Below are positions 28,241-38,914 of a stretch of DNA of 64,000 bases, one piece after another. Origin of the DNA: a virus; IMG/VR virus record IMGVR_UViG_3300050821_001198, positions 64,249 through 128,248 of that record; one strand, given 5' to 3'. How positions within the stretch are numbered: the first letter of the stretch is position 1; each line of letters begins with the position of its first letter. A program made the translations under genes and the position numbers. The notes beneath the pieces were generated by a model. The model worked only from the letters and a program-made list of their open reading frames with translations. It was not told the origin of the DNA and did not search any database.

Positions 28241-30748
28241 CTACCCTACAATCCGGCCCAGACGAAGGTTCTGGACGTTGCATGTCCACGGGAGCCCACC
28301 GAACTGCGGTGGCGCAAGTCCCCGGGTGAACGTTATCAGCACGTATCGCGTATAGATCACGTCGTTGATACCGTCTGCGAAGTTGAACTCCGATGTGTAC
28401 CAAAGTGACTGCTGATCGGTGGTGTAGGAGATGAAGTCATCATACGTCAGAAGCGGGTTCGGGGTAACCGCCTGCCAGTCGAAGTATCCCGCCTGGTCCA
28501 TCGTGTCATACTGGATGGTGATACCGAACGGCTTACGTGCGATCTCGAAGTCGATGTAGTTGATCGCCTGGGGAGATCCGAAGTCGATGAGTAGTGTCTC
28601 CGCGCCCTCCGTGGCCGCCATCGAGGACCAGAAGTTGGAGGGCGGGTTCACCGCCTGAACGCCTCCAACCGCTGTTACGTAGTCGAACGGATAGATACCG
28701 TCGATCATTGCCACCGGGGACCCGCTATCGGGTAGTGCGACTTGCTGGATATAGAGGTCCACCGACCCGCTCGCGTTCGGAGCTAGCGCCTGCGAAGCAG
28801 CCCATACCTCGGTCGGGTCGGTCTGCTGCCCAAGGAACGGGAACAGTGCGCTCTCCATCTGGTTGAACTGACCAACCAGAGTGGTGGATGCCGTAGTGGT
28901 GACAGGATTGTGGAAGCCCTGATAGTCGTGCTGCGGATCGTTCGCTAGGCGGGGTGCCTGTTCCTCCACTCCCGCTACGATCCAGTGGTACTGATCGACG
29001 GGCGGCCAATTGACGCTGGAGAGCCCAGACACATAGCGGAGCACCTGATTCTGCTGGGTGGTGGCGTAGATGTTGCCCCATGGCTGGTTCTGACGAATCG
29101 AAGTGAATGGATGGACGGTGGGAATCGTTGTGACTGAGCGAATTCGATCTAGTGCAATCTGAAGTGAGTAAAGGTCTGCGGGAGCGATAGCTACGATCTC
29201 TTGGTCGCCATTGACAAGTCCCGTCCCGGTGGTGATCTCGAACGCCTCATCCGTGAAGTACGGCGAGATGACACTGATCTGGTTGATTGTGCTATCGTTG
29301 GCCAGCGTATTTGTGAAGGTGAACACCCACGGCTCAATGACCGTGACTCCGCCAACGACAGAGGCTCCGCCTGTCACAGATAGGTTTCCGTCACCGACAC
29401 TTGGCAGGGCGTTCATGTAGTCGGCTACCGTGAAGCAATCCGCGTAGATGGCGGGGGCTACCGTCATGGGGCTGGACGGCCCATTGAAGATCCAGATACC
29501 GTCTTGATCCGATGATGTCTGGAAGGCCAGACGCACGTACTGTCCGGAGGTCACGGTGACGCCTCCGAACGTTGCTGTTCCGGGGCTGGCCGTGTTGATG
29601 TTGACCGTGGCTGTAGCCGCTACGACGGCGGCGGGGTTTAGAGTGAACCAGCGGCTTGCTCCCGGTCCCGGAGCCACGGGAGGGGTAGAGGGAGGGTAAG
29701 CGCCCTGAGGCCCGCTAGCGGGGTTCGTGTAGGTCTCATACGGCGCATACCAGCCGTTGAAGTAAAGAGCGAAGATCGGCTGGGTGACCCCGCCCAATCC
29801 AGCGGCGAGGCCAATGTCGGCGTATGTCGTCTCTCCGACCACCTGAGCTACGAAACAGGCGCTCCCCGATTCGCCGCCGGGGGCGGTTGCTCGATACAAG
29901 CGGTAGCTCAGGGCACCTACGACGGAGTTCCATGAGAGAGTGGCTGTATCGGCGGTCGATGTGATGTCAACTGTGATTTCGTTAGACGGGAATGTCTCAC
30001 CGCCTGGCATTACAGCCGCGACTACGTAGTAGTAATCGCCTGTCGAGGCCCATGATCCACCGGAGCCGGTGATAACGGCTGCGAGATCCGTGGGACCAAG
30101 GTCGGGCCAGTTCAAGGTGATAGTCTGAACCTGGGTGTTACTGATCTCGTTGTTCGGCAGAATCACCAACTCTTCGGTCGAAGTTGTCTGGCCGTAGTTG
30201 TACAGGCCGAGAGGATCGTCTGAGTGCTGATCGAACAGGTACTTGTACTGCTCCACGACCTGGACGCCGCGACCAACCCCGGAACGTGCGACCAGTTCGA
30301 GTCCAGCGGGCGAGTTACCTAGACGAACACCGTGCAGGAAGTCAATTGCCCTGTTACGATAGCTGGCGTCCTGTGAGATAAGTGTCTCCCACTCGTCTGC
30401 TGTGAGCATGCCGGTGGCGTCACTCGCGGGGAACTCAGAGAGAATGCGGCCGAACGAGAAGGGATCTCCGTAGAAGGCGTCGAGATCCGAGTTATTGATC
30501 CCGTGCTCTTCATAAATCAGGCGTGCTTGGAGGTAGTCCTGCTGGACAAGTGCGACACCGGCCGGACCCAGGACCGTGTAGAGCAGCTTGACCAAGTGGC
30601 TGCTGAGCCCCTTGTGGTAGATCGAATCAGGGAAGATCTCAAGGGCCGACTCTAGCTTGTCGGAACCCTGAAGCGGCTCAACTACAGCAGTCTGATCAAC
30701 CGTCTGTGTGAGTGTAGGGAGAGGGAGTTGAGTCAGCGAGGTAGCCAT
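28241..30748 (-). CDS. baseplate wedge protein with inserted Fn3/Ig-like domains
   Basis: Follows baseplate J; DASYRNR...GNSPAGL baseplate-I-like motif. Confidence 0.65.
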   Translation of the reverse strand: MATSLTQLPLPTLTQTVDQTAVVEPLQGSDKLESALEIFPDSIYHKGLSSHLVKLLYTVLGPAGVALVQQDYLQARLIYEEHGINNSDLDAFYGDPFSFGRILSEFPASDATGMLTADEWETLISQDASYRNRAIDFLHGVRLGNSPAGLELVARSGVGRGVQVVEQYKYLFDQHSDDPLGLYNYGQTTSTEELVILPNNEISNTQVQTITLNWPDLGPTDLAAVITGSGGSWASTGDYYYVVAAVMPGGETFPSNEITVDITSTADTATLSWNSVVGALSYRLYRATAPGGESGSACFVAQVVGETTYADIGLAAGLGGVTQPIFALYFNGWYAPYETYTNPASGPQGAYPPSTPPVAPGPGASRWFTLNPAAVVAATATVNINTASPGTATFGGVTVTSGQYVRLAFQTSSDQDGIWIFNGPSSPMTVAPAIYADCFTVADYMNALPSVGDGNLSVTGGASVVGGVTVIEPWVFTFTNTLANDSTINQISVISPYFTDEAFEITTGTGLVNGDQEIVAIAPADLYSLQIALDRIRSVTTIPTVHPFTSIRQNQPWGNIYATTQQNQVLRYVSGLSSVNWPPVDQYHWIVAGVEEQAPRLANDPQHDYQGFHNPVTTTASTTLVGQFNQMESALFPFLGQQTDPTEVWAASQALAPNASGSVDLYIQQVALPDSGSPVAMIDGIYPFDYVTAVGGVQAVNPPSNFWSSMAATEGAETLLIDFGSPQAINYIDFEIARKPFGITIQYDTMDQAGYFDWQAVTPNPLLTYDDFISYTTDQQSLWYTSEFNFADGINDVIYTRYVLITFTRGLAPPQFGGLPWTCNVQNLRLGRIVG

Positions 30749-30751
30749 CGC

Positions 30752-33457
30752 TTACCTCAGCCAAGTATCCTGGGCGCGTGGCCGGATGATCAAGCCGGGA
30801 AGCGTATCCGTTGCAAGCTGTCCAGTGGGTAGGGAGGGAAGCTGACTGTCGAGTAGGAAGAAGTCGTTGTTGATCGAGTAAGGGCCGCCGATTAGGCTAG
30901 GAGTACAGGTCAACACGTCTGTCTGGAACCCGTCAGAACTGAATGTGAAGATGAAGGGGTCCTCAGGAGTTCCGGTTCCGGACGTGTAAGTGGCCCCAAT
31001 CCCTGCGATGGCGAGGTATAGGTCTAGCTCGAAAGCCATGAAGGCGGTATCGGTGGAGTATCCAATCGGGAGTGTTGTTAGGTCGCCCAGGGAGAGGGTG
31101 AATGTTCCACCGACCGGCGAGCCCACAAAGTAGCCCTGCTGGATCTCAGGAGTGCTAGAGGTACCGAGAACCACCCGATCAAGCTGCATGGTGCGGAGCG
31201 GGTTTCCATTGATGTCACAGACCGTGATCTCGTCAAGCGTGTCATCGACATCGCGAGACCACCGGACATTCGAGATGCCCTGGACATTATGGATGATGTT
31301 GAGTAGGGTGGACATCTGGATCGTGGCACCGAAATACTGTCCAGTGAGGTAGGTTTGTAGGGCCGCCTGAATGGCTCCGTTCACTACGCTGACGCTCGAT
31401 CCCGGGGTATACATGACGGTCACATCGAGTTTGTAATACTGCGTCACAGACTGGTGCCCGAGAACATCGGTGGTTGACTGCTTGACACCTTCTAGGGCCG
31501 TCTGGAGATCAACGATGTTCTTGTCGTATACGTAGCCGTCCACCTGGACTGTGGGACCGGGGTTCAACGTTATTGAAGGTGCGGAGCCCACCGGGGGAGA
31601 TCCAGCGGCAGCAGTCAGGTTCCATTCAATGCCGTCTCGCGCTCGGACGGTGCCGCCAATCGAGTCAACCTCCTGAACAGCGTAGTAGTGAATACCCAAG
31701 TAGTAGGTGTATCCGCCAGCCGTGATTGTCTCTGGAAGGCTAATCAGGGGAGCCCAGAAGACCGGCATGAAGAGGTTACCGATGACGGGTCGATGCTCTG
31801 GCTCCCCGACGCGCCGGTAGTTCTCGATGTAGAGAGGGGAGAGCGGATTTGAGTTGAACAGGGTCGCGCCGATATGCGGGACCCCGAGGGTGGCGCTTGC
31901 GGTTGTGGGGTTTTCGCCGTCAACGAACACATCCACGCAGTTTGTGATGTTCCGAGTGTAATCGTTCCGAGACTCGCTCGACGTGTAGCTGTGCTCGAAC
32001 AGGACAACATCTCCCGGACGCGCCGCTTGCACCGTTCCGTCGTTGCCGGTGTAGACATTGAGGAAGGAGATATTAGGCTGGAAGGGCGAGTCGAGCGGGT
32101 TCGGCTGATCGGTGTTGATCGTAGCCGTGTTGGTTGCCGGTACAGCGCCCGCGACCGGAGGATAGCCAACATCTGTAAAGGTCAGAGTATCGGGGTCAAA
32201 GATGATACCAACGAGCGAGGGCGAAATGGTCTCGTCCCCGGTAACCGTGGCTCTATAGACGCGGTAGCCAATGGCATCGAAGACGGGGTTCCAGGTAAGG
32301 ATGGCTGAGCCGTTTGCCGCCACTGTTGACGTGACCTCTTCAGGAGAGTTTGTCTCGCCTGCTGCGGTGTAGGCGGTCACCATCCAGAAGAAGGTGCCTC
32401 CCGCAACGAAGTCATCTACGCCGCCACCAGCGACCGGAGTGACACCTACCCCGGTTGGGGATGCGATCTGATTCTCCGACTCAGCCGTGTAGAGACGGTA
32501 GGCGTCTCCGTGATTCTTGATAGCGGCTAGGGTGTTGAACACGTAGTCGATACCAGGCTGGTAGAAGATCTGCTGCACAACGCTGTCGCTTACAAATGTC
32601 GCAAGCTCAGTCCAGATGTACTTGGAGTAGGGGATTGTTGACAGGCCGGTCGTCCATGTGCCGGGGCGGCCGGGGTTCCCCGAGGGACCACCGGGTAGGG
32701 AGACCTGTGTTCCCGTACCATCGCTAACCGACTCATACTGCGAGTCATCGACCGCCGGGACCTGTAGATACTCCTGGTACCGTGAGATCGGACCGATGCA
32801 GTTGGCCTTGGCCACGTTCGCCGTCTGTAGTGCGGTGGCTAGGTACTGGTCGGTGGTGCCGCTGACATTGCGGAAGACCTGATTCTGGAAACGCGCCTTG
32901 AGGGCCGCATCGGTCTCTATATCGTTCCCGCCGGATGTCGCCAAGGCGTTGGTGATTCCGGTGATCCCGATGATCTGACCGTTCCCTACGAAGGCGTTGA
33001 TGGCTCCAGCCGCAACCTCTCCAAGCGCCCCCGCAACTTCGCAGCGCACGGGCACGTCAACAGAGGGATCTCCAACATCGATGAGTGCGCCTGCGGCGGT
33101 GTCGAAAACAACGGGGGTGCCACTGTTCTGTGCGAGAAGCTGCGTGTTGTACGGGACGGCGATAGCGAATGCGACAGGAGCCTCGATACTGAAGGTCACC
33201 GTGCCGACAGCGTATGTGCCACCCTGACGAGCGAACCCAAACAGCCCGACGAAGGCGTCGAGATCAGAGCCGACCTTGCCAGAGTAGTTGAGAGCGTTTG
33301 ATAGGGCACTGAGGTCGATGGAGGCGTTCGCAAGGGCGGATGCCACCGTATCGATGATCTTGCGCTCAGGAGTCCCTACGAAGGCCGAGACAGACGGGTC
33401 CAATAGCTGAAGCTGCTGAACCATCAGCGTTGACCACTGTTGCTGGGTGAGTGCCAT
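30752..33457 (-). CDS. baseplate J-like wedge protein
   Basis: LDAFVGLFGFARQGGTYAVGTVTF and GGNDIETDAALKAR baseplate J motifs. Confidence 0.88.
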   Translation of the reverse strand: MALTQQQWSTLMVQQLQLLDPSVSAFVGTPERKIIDTVASALANASIDLSALSNALNYSGKVGSDLDAFVGLFGFARQGGTYAVGTVTFSIEAPVAFAIAVPYNTQLLAQNSGTPVVFDTAAGALIDVGDPSVDVPVRCEVAGALGEVAAGAINAFVGNGQIIGITGITNALATSGGNDIETDAALKARFQNQVFRNVSGTTDQYLATALQTANVAKANCIGPISRYQEYLQVPAVDDSQYESVSDGTGTQVSLPGGPSGNPGRPGTWTTGLSTIPYSKYIWTELATFVSDSVVQQIFYQPGIDYVFNTLAAIKNHGDAYRLYTAESENQIASPTGVGVTPVAGGGVDDFVAGGTFFWMVTAYTAAGETNSPEEVTSTVAANGSAILTWNPVFDAIGYRVYRATVTGDETISPSLVGIIFDPDTLTFTDVGYPPVAGAVPATNTATINTDQPNPLDSPFQPNISFLNVYTGNDGTVQAARPGDVVLFEHSYTSSESRNDYTRNITNCVDVFVDGENPTTASATLGVPHIGATLFNSNPLSPLYIENYRRVGEPEHRPVIGNLFMPVFWAPLISLPETITAGGYTYYLGIHYYAVQEVDSIGGTVRARDGIEWNLTAAAGSPPVGSAPSITLNPGPTVQVDGYVYDKNIVDLQTALEGVKQSTTDVLGHQSVTQYYKLDVTVMYTPGSSVSVVNGAIQAALQTYLTGQYFGATIQMSTLLNIIHNVQGISNVRWSRDVDDTLDEITVCDINGNPLRTMQLDRVVLGTSSTPEIQQGYFVGSPVGGTFTLSLGDLTTLPIGYSTDTAFMAFELDLYLAIAGIGATYTSGTGTPEDPFIFTFSSDGFQTDVLTCTPSLIGGPYSINNDFFLLDSQLPSLPTGQLATDTLPGLIIRPRAQDTWLR

Positions 33458-33930
33458 TACGAAGACGCCTGGGGAAGCGGGATGTTGAGGGTGACCGACG
33501 TGTTGTTACCCGTCGTGATCCCTATGATTACGCTTAGCGTGTCAAGGGTTGATTGCATCGTGAAGCTATCAACGGAGAGAAGTACCTCTCCACGGCTGAA
33601 GGTGGTCTTCCCGTAGAGAGCGATATCGCTCTTGGCGCGTGCAAGCTGCATGTTCTGATAGGCGAGAAGAATACGCTGAAGCTCACCCTGCACGCGAGAC
33701 TGCGCGATAGTGTTGTTGTTCACGCCGATCATACTCGGAATGACTGTTCCGGACCCATCGACGCCTCCGTTCAAGATCGACCCGTAGTCCGGATGGTTCG
33801 GGTCGGTGCCTAGACGTTCGAGGATGTAGCATGTAAGATCCTGGATAAGCTTGTCCTCGCCAGTGACGATGGTGTAGTCGGACCCAGACAGGGCAAGGTC
33901 ACCGTTCTGAATTGCGAGGCTCCAGGTCAT
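33457..33930 (-). CDS. gp25-like baseplate wedge / sheath initiator
   Basis: KLIQDL...ERLGTDPNHPDYGS gp25 signature. Confidence 0.8.
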   Translation of the reverse strand: MTWSLAIQNGDLALSGSDYTIVTGEDKLIQDLTCYILERLGTDPNHPDYGSILNGGVDGSGTVIPSMIGVNNNTIAQSRVQGELQRILLAYQNMQLARAKSDIALYGKTTFSRGEVLLSVDSFTMQSTLDTLSVIIGITTGNNTSVTLNIPLPQASS

Positions 33931-33978
33931 CACGGATTACCACAGAGCAGGCGATCAGAAATGTTGCTAGTGGTCTTG

Positions 33979-34401
33979 CTAGGATGTTGTATTGTCCTCG
34001 ATGATGCCCGCATCGGCAAGCTGTGTTAGGAGACTCAGCAGGGCTTCGCCGCCCGATCTAGACCCTGTGATCACAAGCGGCAGTTCCACCTTGGAGTCCA
34101 CTACATAGTCGCCATCACGCAGGCGGACGTTGATGGCGTTTAGGCGTCCGTCACCGAGAGGAATCTGCTCGACCGAGTGATCTTCAATGGGGCTGTCGAT
34201 CCGACCTTGCAGGTACCAAGTGTTAGCCTTGCTCTCGACCATCCAGTTCTCTCCAACCTGCGGCCATACGAAGAAGTCGGGCACTTCTAGAACGGCGATT
34301 GGGACGGCGGTGTTATCCTTGAGCATACCCTGCATCTTCCGGTTGGGGCGATCAACCGAGATGATCCTTACCATCCGGCGGACGTTAGGTCTCGTCTTCA
34401 T
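33979..34401 (-). CDS. baseplate spike-like protein
   Basis: OB-like PQVGENWMV motif; between hub and gp25. Confidence 0.55.
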   Translation of the reverse strand: MKTRPNVRRMVRIISVDRPNRKMQGMLKDNTAVPIAVLEVPDFFVWPQVGENWMVESKANTWYLQGRIDSPIEDHSVEQIPLGDGRLNAINVRLRDGDYVVDSKVELPLVITGSRSGGEALLSLLTQLADAGIIEDNTTS

Positions 34402-37253
34402 TTCTTCTGCCCTCCCCGCGCCTTGCTGGTCGAGGCGGGTGTCGTAGGACCGGCCAGTGTTGTTACGGTGATCAAGTCGTTGCGGATCAGACCCTTCGAA
34501 ACACCGACGTTATCCGTCACTCCCGCCATGACAGATGGTGCCTCAAGCTGGGCATCGGTAGTGAACCCTGAGATGTAGTCGAAGTTGTGCGTCACCGAGT
34601 CAACGTACACCTGGAAACCGTGATCGCTAAGCTCGATTCGACCGCCAGGGTACATCTCTGGCATGAAGGTGAAGCTGAAGTTGGTCTGGAACTGCCGTGC
34701 CCACATCAACTGGAATGTCTGGAAGGCCATGAACGCCTCGAACTGAGGATTGCGAATGAAGGAGGCGTCCTCATTGATGTAGGGACGAGCACCGTACTTC
34801 TTGAGGAAGTTGATCGCGTCAATCTTGCCTGTAAGCTGGGCGTTAGCGCCTGTTCCGAGGTTCACGAATCCCGACTCGAACGCCTCGAAGATAGTCATGA
34901 CGCCACCTGACATGATCTCATTTATTAGCTCCGAGTCCGTGCCCTGACCGAACGACCCGATAGTGTCACCGACAACGTATACGTGCGTGGCCAAAGCATC
35001 GTCGGATAGCTGAATCTGACCACTGATGATCTCGATGTCGGGAACCGACCAGTAGGCACCCGGATTCCCGTCCATCTTGGCGAACTCACCGAAATAGTCC
35101 GGGAAGAACGCGAAGAACGTGCCATCTGGCAACGACTGGAAGTCCCGCAGTGATGCCCCTGTGACCTGTTGTACGAAGGGGAAGATAGGAGTGCAGTTCA
35201 TGAGGCTCTTCTCGCCCACTAGTAGCGCCGCCGCCTCCTGATTGGCTAAGCCCGGAAGCGCAAGGCTCACGGCGAAGGCTGCGGCGGTAGCGGCATCGGC
35301 AACGCCGCCAGTAGAACCCGGAGACCCTGACGCTCCAGAACCGCTACTCCCTGTGAGTGTTGCCTGACCCGAAAGGGACCCGTTCACTTTGCCATCGGTG
35401 GTCAGAGACCCGTTACCCGCGTACGAAGCGTCTCCTGCCCCCGGGTCGTCAGCGGTGTTCACCCCAAGGCTACGAAGGAACCGGGCAAAGCGAATACCCT
35501 CAGCCGTGGGACCGGCGTTATTGTATGGAACGTGGCTTGTGGCGTAGTACAGCGTGTTACCGTCAGCGACTGCATAACCGATTTCGATACCGGCACCGGC
35601 TGTCACAGCGATGGCTTGACCGACGCTGATCGTGTCGCCGGTTGAGACGGTGGTCGTGATACCCTCCGCCATATAGACAATTGCGCCCTGGTTAGGACCA
35701 TCGGTAAGCTGATACCACATGAAGCCGCCTGGAGCCAAGCCGCCTGGGCCGCCGCCTGGGTTGGGTCCCCAGCCCGGAAGCGACGTGCCGAGAACCTTGC
35801 CGTTGCCGATAGCAAGGATGTTCTGGCCCATGGTGCCGAAAGTGAAGTCAACGCCCTGATCTGTACGGGTGTAGGGGCCGGTCGTGCTGGCGTTGCATTG
35901 GCTGAATGGGGAGACGTAAGTGCCTGTTACACCGCTAGGCTGGTTCTTGCCCTTCTTAGTGGTCGTAGTCGAAGTAGGGTTGCCAGTCTGTGGTGTTGTT
36001 GATGCCCCGCTGGACGACGCGAACTGGTTGATGTACGATTGGGATGTGGCAAGCGCGTTCGACCACTGATCGCAATAGCGCGGGTTGTTGCCGCAGTTTA
36101 CCCCCTGCGTGGACATCGCCCACTGCTGGATGTCGCTTGTAATTCCGGGTTGCGCCTTAGCCCACCCCGCTGCCGCTGCACAGAAGGCATTGCATGACAG
36201 TCCAAGGTCGTGCGTGTCCGCAACTGTGTACCCGCCCGTTGCCCACGGACCATAGGCGTAGCAGCCTCCCGGCTGGCACTGGAACCAGCCGGTGTACTTA
36301 CTGCCCGGAGTGTCAACGTCGGTAAAGCTTGTCTCGATGTACATGGTCGCGAGGACCATCAAGAGCGGCACGTTGTACTTGGCCGCGATTGGTTCAACGT
36401 GCTGGACGATCTGCTTGGCTCCCGCTACCGGCCCCGAAGCTGTCCCTCCGCCCGCCCCAGCGGTCGATCCACCGCCGCTTCCGGAGCCATAGGACCCAAC
36501 TCCTAGGGCGGTCTGGAGGAAGGTCTGAAGCTCAGTGTCAGCGAGACTGTTGTCCTGCTGGATGATCTTGTAGATCGCGTTCACCGACTGGACGATGTTT
36601 GAGGGCAGGCCCTCAATCAGAATCTCGTCGTCATCCCAATTCCCGATGTCATGGAGAAGGCCGTACACGAGATTCGCGACAGACCCATCGTTCAGGTTGT
36701 AGTTGTTCTTCTGAGTGAGCGCAGAGGTAGCCGCTCCCTGGTTGGTGACACTGCCGGTCTGGGCGTTGGCGATCCATCCGTATTGTGCGAGCCACTTGAT
36801 GATCGCGGTGAGTCCGGGGTCCCAATAGGTGTACAGAAGGCGCTTCAACGTGCAAGAGCCGGTGAGCGTTACAGCGCCGGGGTAAAGCTGGAGGTAGGGT
36901 GACGAATCGAGGAATCCGGTGAACAACTGAATCGGGCGGTTCTTGAACCGGCTACCCCAGATCGTGATAGTGTCCATCGGGTGGAAGACCGGCTCAAACG
37001 GGTTCTGAAGGATCTGTGGCATTGCCGGAATCTGTGACTCGTAGAGGGGTGCCGTGGCCGGGTCGGGCTGTGTCCAGATCCGGTAGGGATTCCGTAGGGT
37101 CAGGGTGAACGTGCTAGCCGCTTTAGTGACACGATTGACTGAACCGGACGAGATGAAGTCGGATAGATCGATATAACTATCCGGACTCTTCTTGCGAGTG
37201 GCGTCCGTCTTGATGTAAGCGTAGACCTTGGGGCTATACACCAATCGTTGCAT
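34398..37253 (-). CDS. baseplate hub with lytic-transglycosylase-like and M23-like domains
   Basis: Hub-like N/C halves (FMPEMYPGGRI...VDSVTH); AKYNVP...IETSF...GWFQ; RTDQGVDF...AIGNGKV. Confidence 0.75.
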   Translation of the reverse strand: MQRLVYSPKVYAYIKTDATRKKSPDSYIDLSDFISSGSVNRVTKAASTFTLTLRNPYRIWTQPDPATAPLYESQIPAMPQILQNPFEPVFHPMDTITIWGSRFKNRPIQLFTGFLDSSPYLQLYPGAVTLTGSCTLKRLLYTYWDPGLTAIIKWLAQYGWIANAQTGSVTNQGAATSALTQKNNYNLNDGSVANLVYGLLHDIGNWDDDEILIEGLPSNIVQSVNAIYKIIQQDNSLADTELQTFLQTALGVGSYGSGSGGGSTAGAGGGTASGPVAGAKQIVQHVEPIAAKYNVPLLMVLATMYIETSFTDVDTPGSKYTGWFQCQPGGCYAYGPWATGGYTVADTHDLGLSCNAFCAAAAGWAKAQPGITSDIQQWAMSTQGVNCGNNPRYCDQWSNALATSQSYINQFASSSGASTTPQTGNPTSTTTTKKGKNQPSGVTGTYVSPFSQCNASTTGPYTRTDQGVDFTFGTMGQNILAIGNGKVLGTSLPGWGPNPGGGPGGLAPGGFMWYQLTDGPNQGAIVYMAEGITTTVSTGDTISVGQAIAVTAGAGIEIGYAVADGNTLYYATSHVPYNNAGPTAEGIRFARFLRSLGVNTADDPGAGDASYAGNGSLTTDGKVNGSLSGQATLTGSSGSGASGSPGSTGGVADAATAAAFAVSLALPGLANQEAAALLVGEKSLMNCTPIFPFVQQVTGASLRDFQSLPDGTFFAFFPDYFGEFAKMDGNPGAYWSVPDIEIISGQIQLSDDALATHVYVVGDTIGSFGQGTDSELINEIMSGGVMTIFEAFESGFVNLGTGANAQLTGKIDAINFLKKYGARPYINEDASFIRNPQFEAFMAFQTFQLMWARQFQTNFSFTFMPEMYPGGRIELSDHGFQVYVDSVTHNFDYISGFTTDAQLEAPSVMAGVTDNVGVSKGLIRNDLITVTTLAGPTTPASTSKARGGQKK

Positions 37254-37328
37254 GCGTCTCTCCTTCCGTACCCTCCGGGGCTAGCTTGATACGCTCTAGA
37301 GTGGATTTTCTTGGGCCTCGGCGTTGCA

Positions 37329-38129
37329 TTAGAAGAGGTTGCTCAGATCTCCGACGAGCGAACTAACCACCTTGTTGACCGCAGCGCCGACACCTGTGGC
37401 GGCCGATGATCCCTTAGACTTTGACTTGGTGGTGGACACGACTACACTCTGGAACATCTGATTGATGTTCTGTAGGGGAATTGAGACCTGGTTGTCCTTC
37501 AGACCAAGCCATGAGATTACCTGGACGATGACGAAATCAAAGGTGTACTCGTACGCCGTCACGAACCTGTCCGCACCGAACTCGAAGCTATCGATGTAGC
37601 CCACCACGTCGATCATGCCGTGGGGACCCTTGTGGCCACCCGCCGGTAGGTTGTTCTGCCACCCGTTACCGTATGAGCCCTGGGCGCTTCCTCCGCCGAC
37701 GAGGGGGTAGATGGTCGTTCCTACGGCCGTGCCCGGAAGGGTGAGTCGGATGGCTTCCTTACCACTGTCGGTGGCGTCTCGAACCGCCGTGATGTGACTC
37801 TGACGAATGAACGTCGAGAGGCGGTTACGCTCGAAGTTGTTAGGCGTCTGACCGGCAAAGATGAGAGTAGGTACACCGAGGTTGTGTGGATACCAATCGC
37901 GCACAAGCGGTCCCTGCACGAACGTCCCGTCTAGGGTGAAGTTAGACTGCACGTTGTAGATCCAGAGACCATTGACGAAGGTAGAAGTTTCCAGGAGAGC
38001 GTTCGCGCCGTTGGCTAGCTGGCCGCCAATGTCTGCTGGCATGTTCGGAGAGGCGACACCGACCCCGCTCGTGATAGGCTGGAATCCGGTCGTGCCCTGC
38101 ACTGTGTCTGGGACCCATGACGCTGGCAT
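37329..38129 (-). CDS. tail/baseplate protein
   Basis: TAATG-coupled start at 38129; synteny. Confidence 0.65.
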   Translation of the reverse strand: MPASWVPDTVQGTTGFQPITSGVGVASPNMPADIGGQLANGANALLETSTFVNGLWIYNVQSNFTLDGTFVQGPLVRDWYPHNLGVPTLIFAGQTPNNFERNRLSTFIRQSHITAVRDATDSGKEAIRLTLPGTAVGTTIYPLVGGGSAQGSYGNGWQNNLPAGGHKGPHGMIDVVGYIDSFEFGADRFVTAYEYTFDFVIVQVISWLGLKDNQVSIPLQNINQMFQSVVVSTTKSKSKGSSAATGVGAAVNKVVSSLVGDLSNLF

Positions 38130-38914
38130 TACTTCTTCGCCTTGATCTTGCCGGTCCCGGCGTTCTGAGTCGCAGGCTTTGCCACGTTGCTCGGATTTAC
38201 CGCCTGACCGTTGTTGAACTGTGAGGGCTGAGCCCCTAGAAAGGACGAGTAGTCTCCGCCGCTCCAAGCTTGTACGATCTTCGAGAACTGGTTGCCGAGA
38301 TCCTTGGACACCGAGTCCTGGAGGGTCTTGATCTGAGCCGGGGTAACCTTGCCTTGGAAGGGCGACGTGAAGGGGCTCTGGCTTGGATCGGGGTACTTGA
38401 GCGATACGCCGTCCTGGATCTTCTGAAAGGCGACAGCATCCGCTCCAGCGCCCGCGAGGATGTCGTCTAGGGACATACCTGTTCCGATCTGTTCAACGAC
38501 CTTCCCGGCGATCTGCCACGTAGGGGCGGCGGTATCTCTGTCGAGCATGTAACCTGGTAGGTTCTGCAACTGGAAGCCGACAATCCAGTTACGCTCCGGG
38601 TAGGTCATTGTGATGTAACGCTCTGTGTAAGTGACAGTTCCTTTGCCGCCCTGCGAGGCGCGCTGCATATACATCAGAAACCAGCGATAGATGTCCTCCA
38701 TGCCGGGATTCCCGTAGTCTCCGGTCAACTGGCGCTCGCACGAGCCTTGGACCGTCAGAGTGTCAACAAAACACGATAGGATCTGGACAACCTCGCCTCC
38801 GTACGTCGGGTAGCGTTGAGTGTTGAGCCCGTAGGTCCAATTGATGTTGTCTGCGCCCGTCTGGACGAAGAGATCCTCAGTGATGAAGTCGTGGTGAAAC
38901 TGGAGGACTGGCAT
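38129..38914 (-). CDS. tail tube initiator-like protein
   Basis: TAATG-coupled start at 38914; YPTYGGEVVQILS motif; follows tape measure. Confidence 0.65.
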   Translation of the reverse strand: MPVLQFHHDFITEDLFVQTGADNINWTYGLNTQRYPTYGGEVVQILSCFVDTLTVQGSCERQLTGDYGNPGMEDIYRWFLMYMQRASQGGKGTVTYTERYITMTYPERNWIVGFQLQNLPGYMLDRDTAAPTWQIAGKVVEQIGTGMSLDDILAGAGADAVAFQKIQDGVSLKYPDPSQSPFTSPFQGKVTPAQIKTLQDSVSKDLGNQFSKIVQAWSGGDYSSFLGAQPSQFNNGQAVNPSNVAKPATQNAGTGKIKAKK

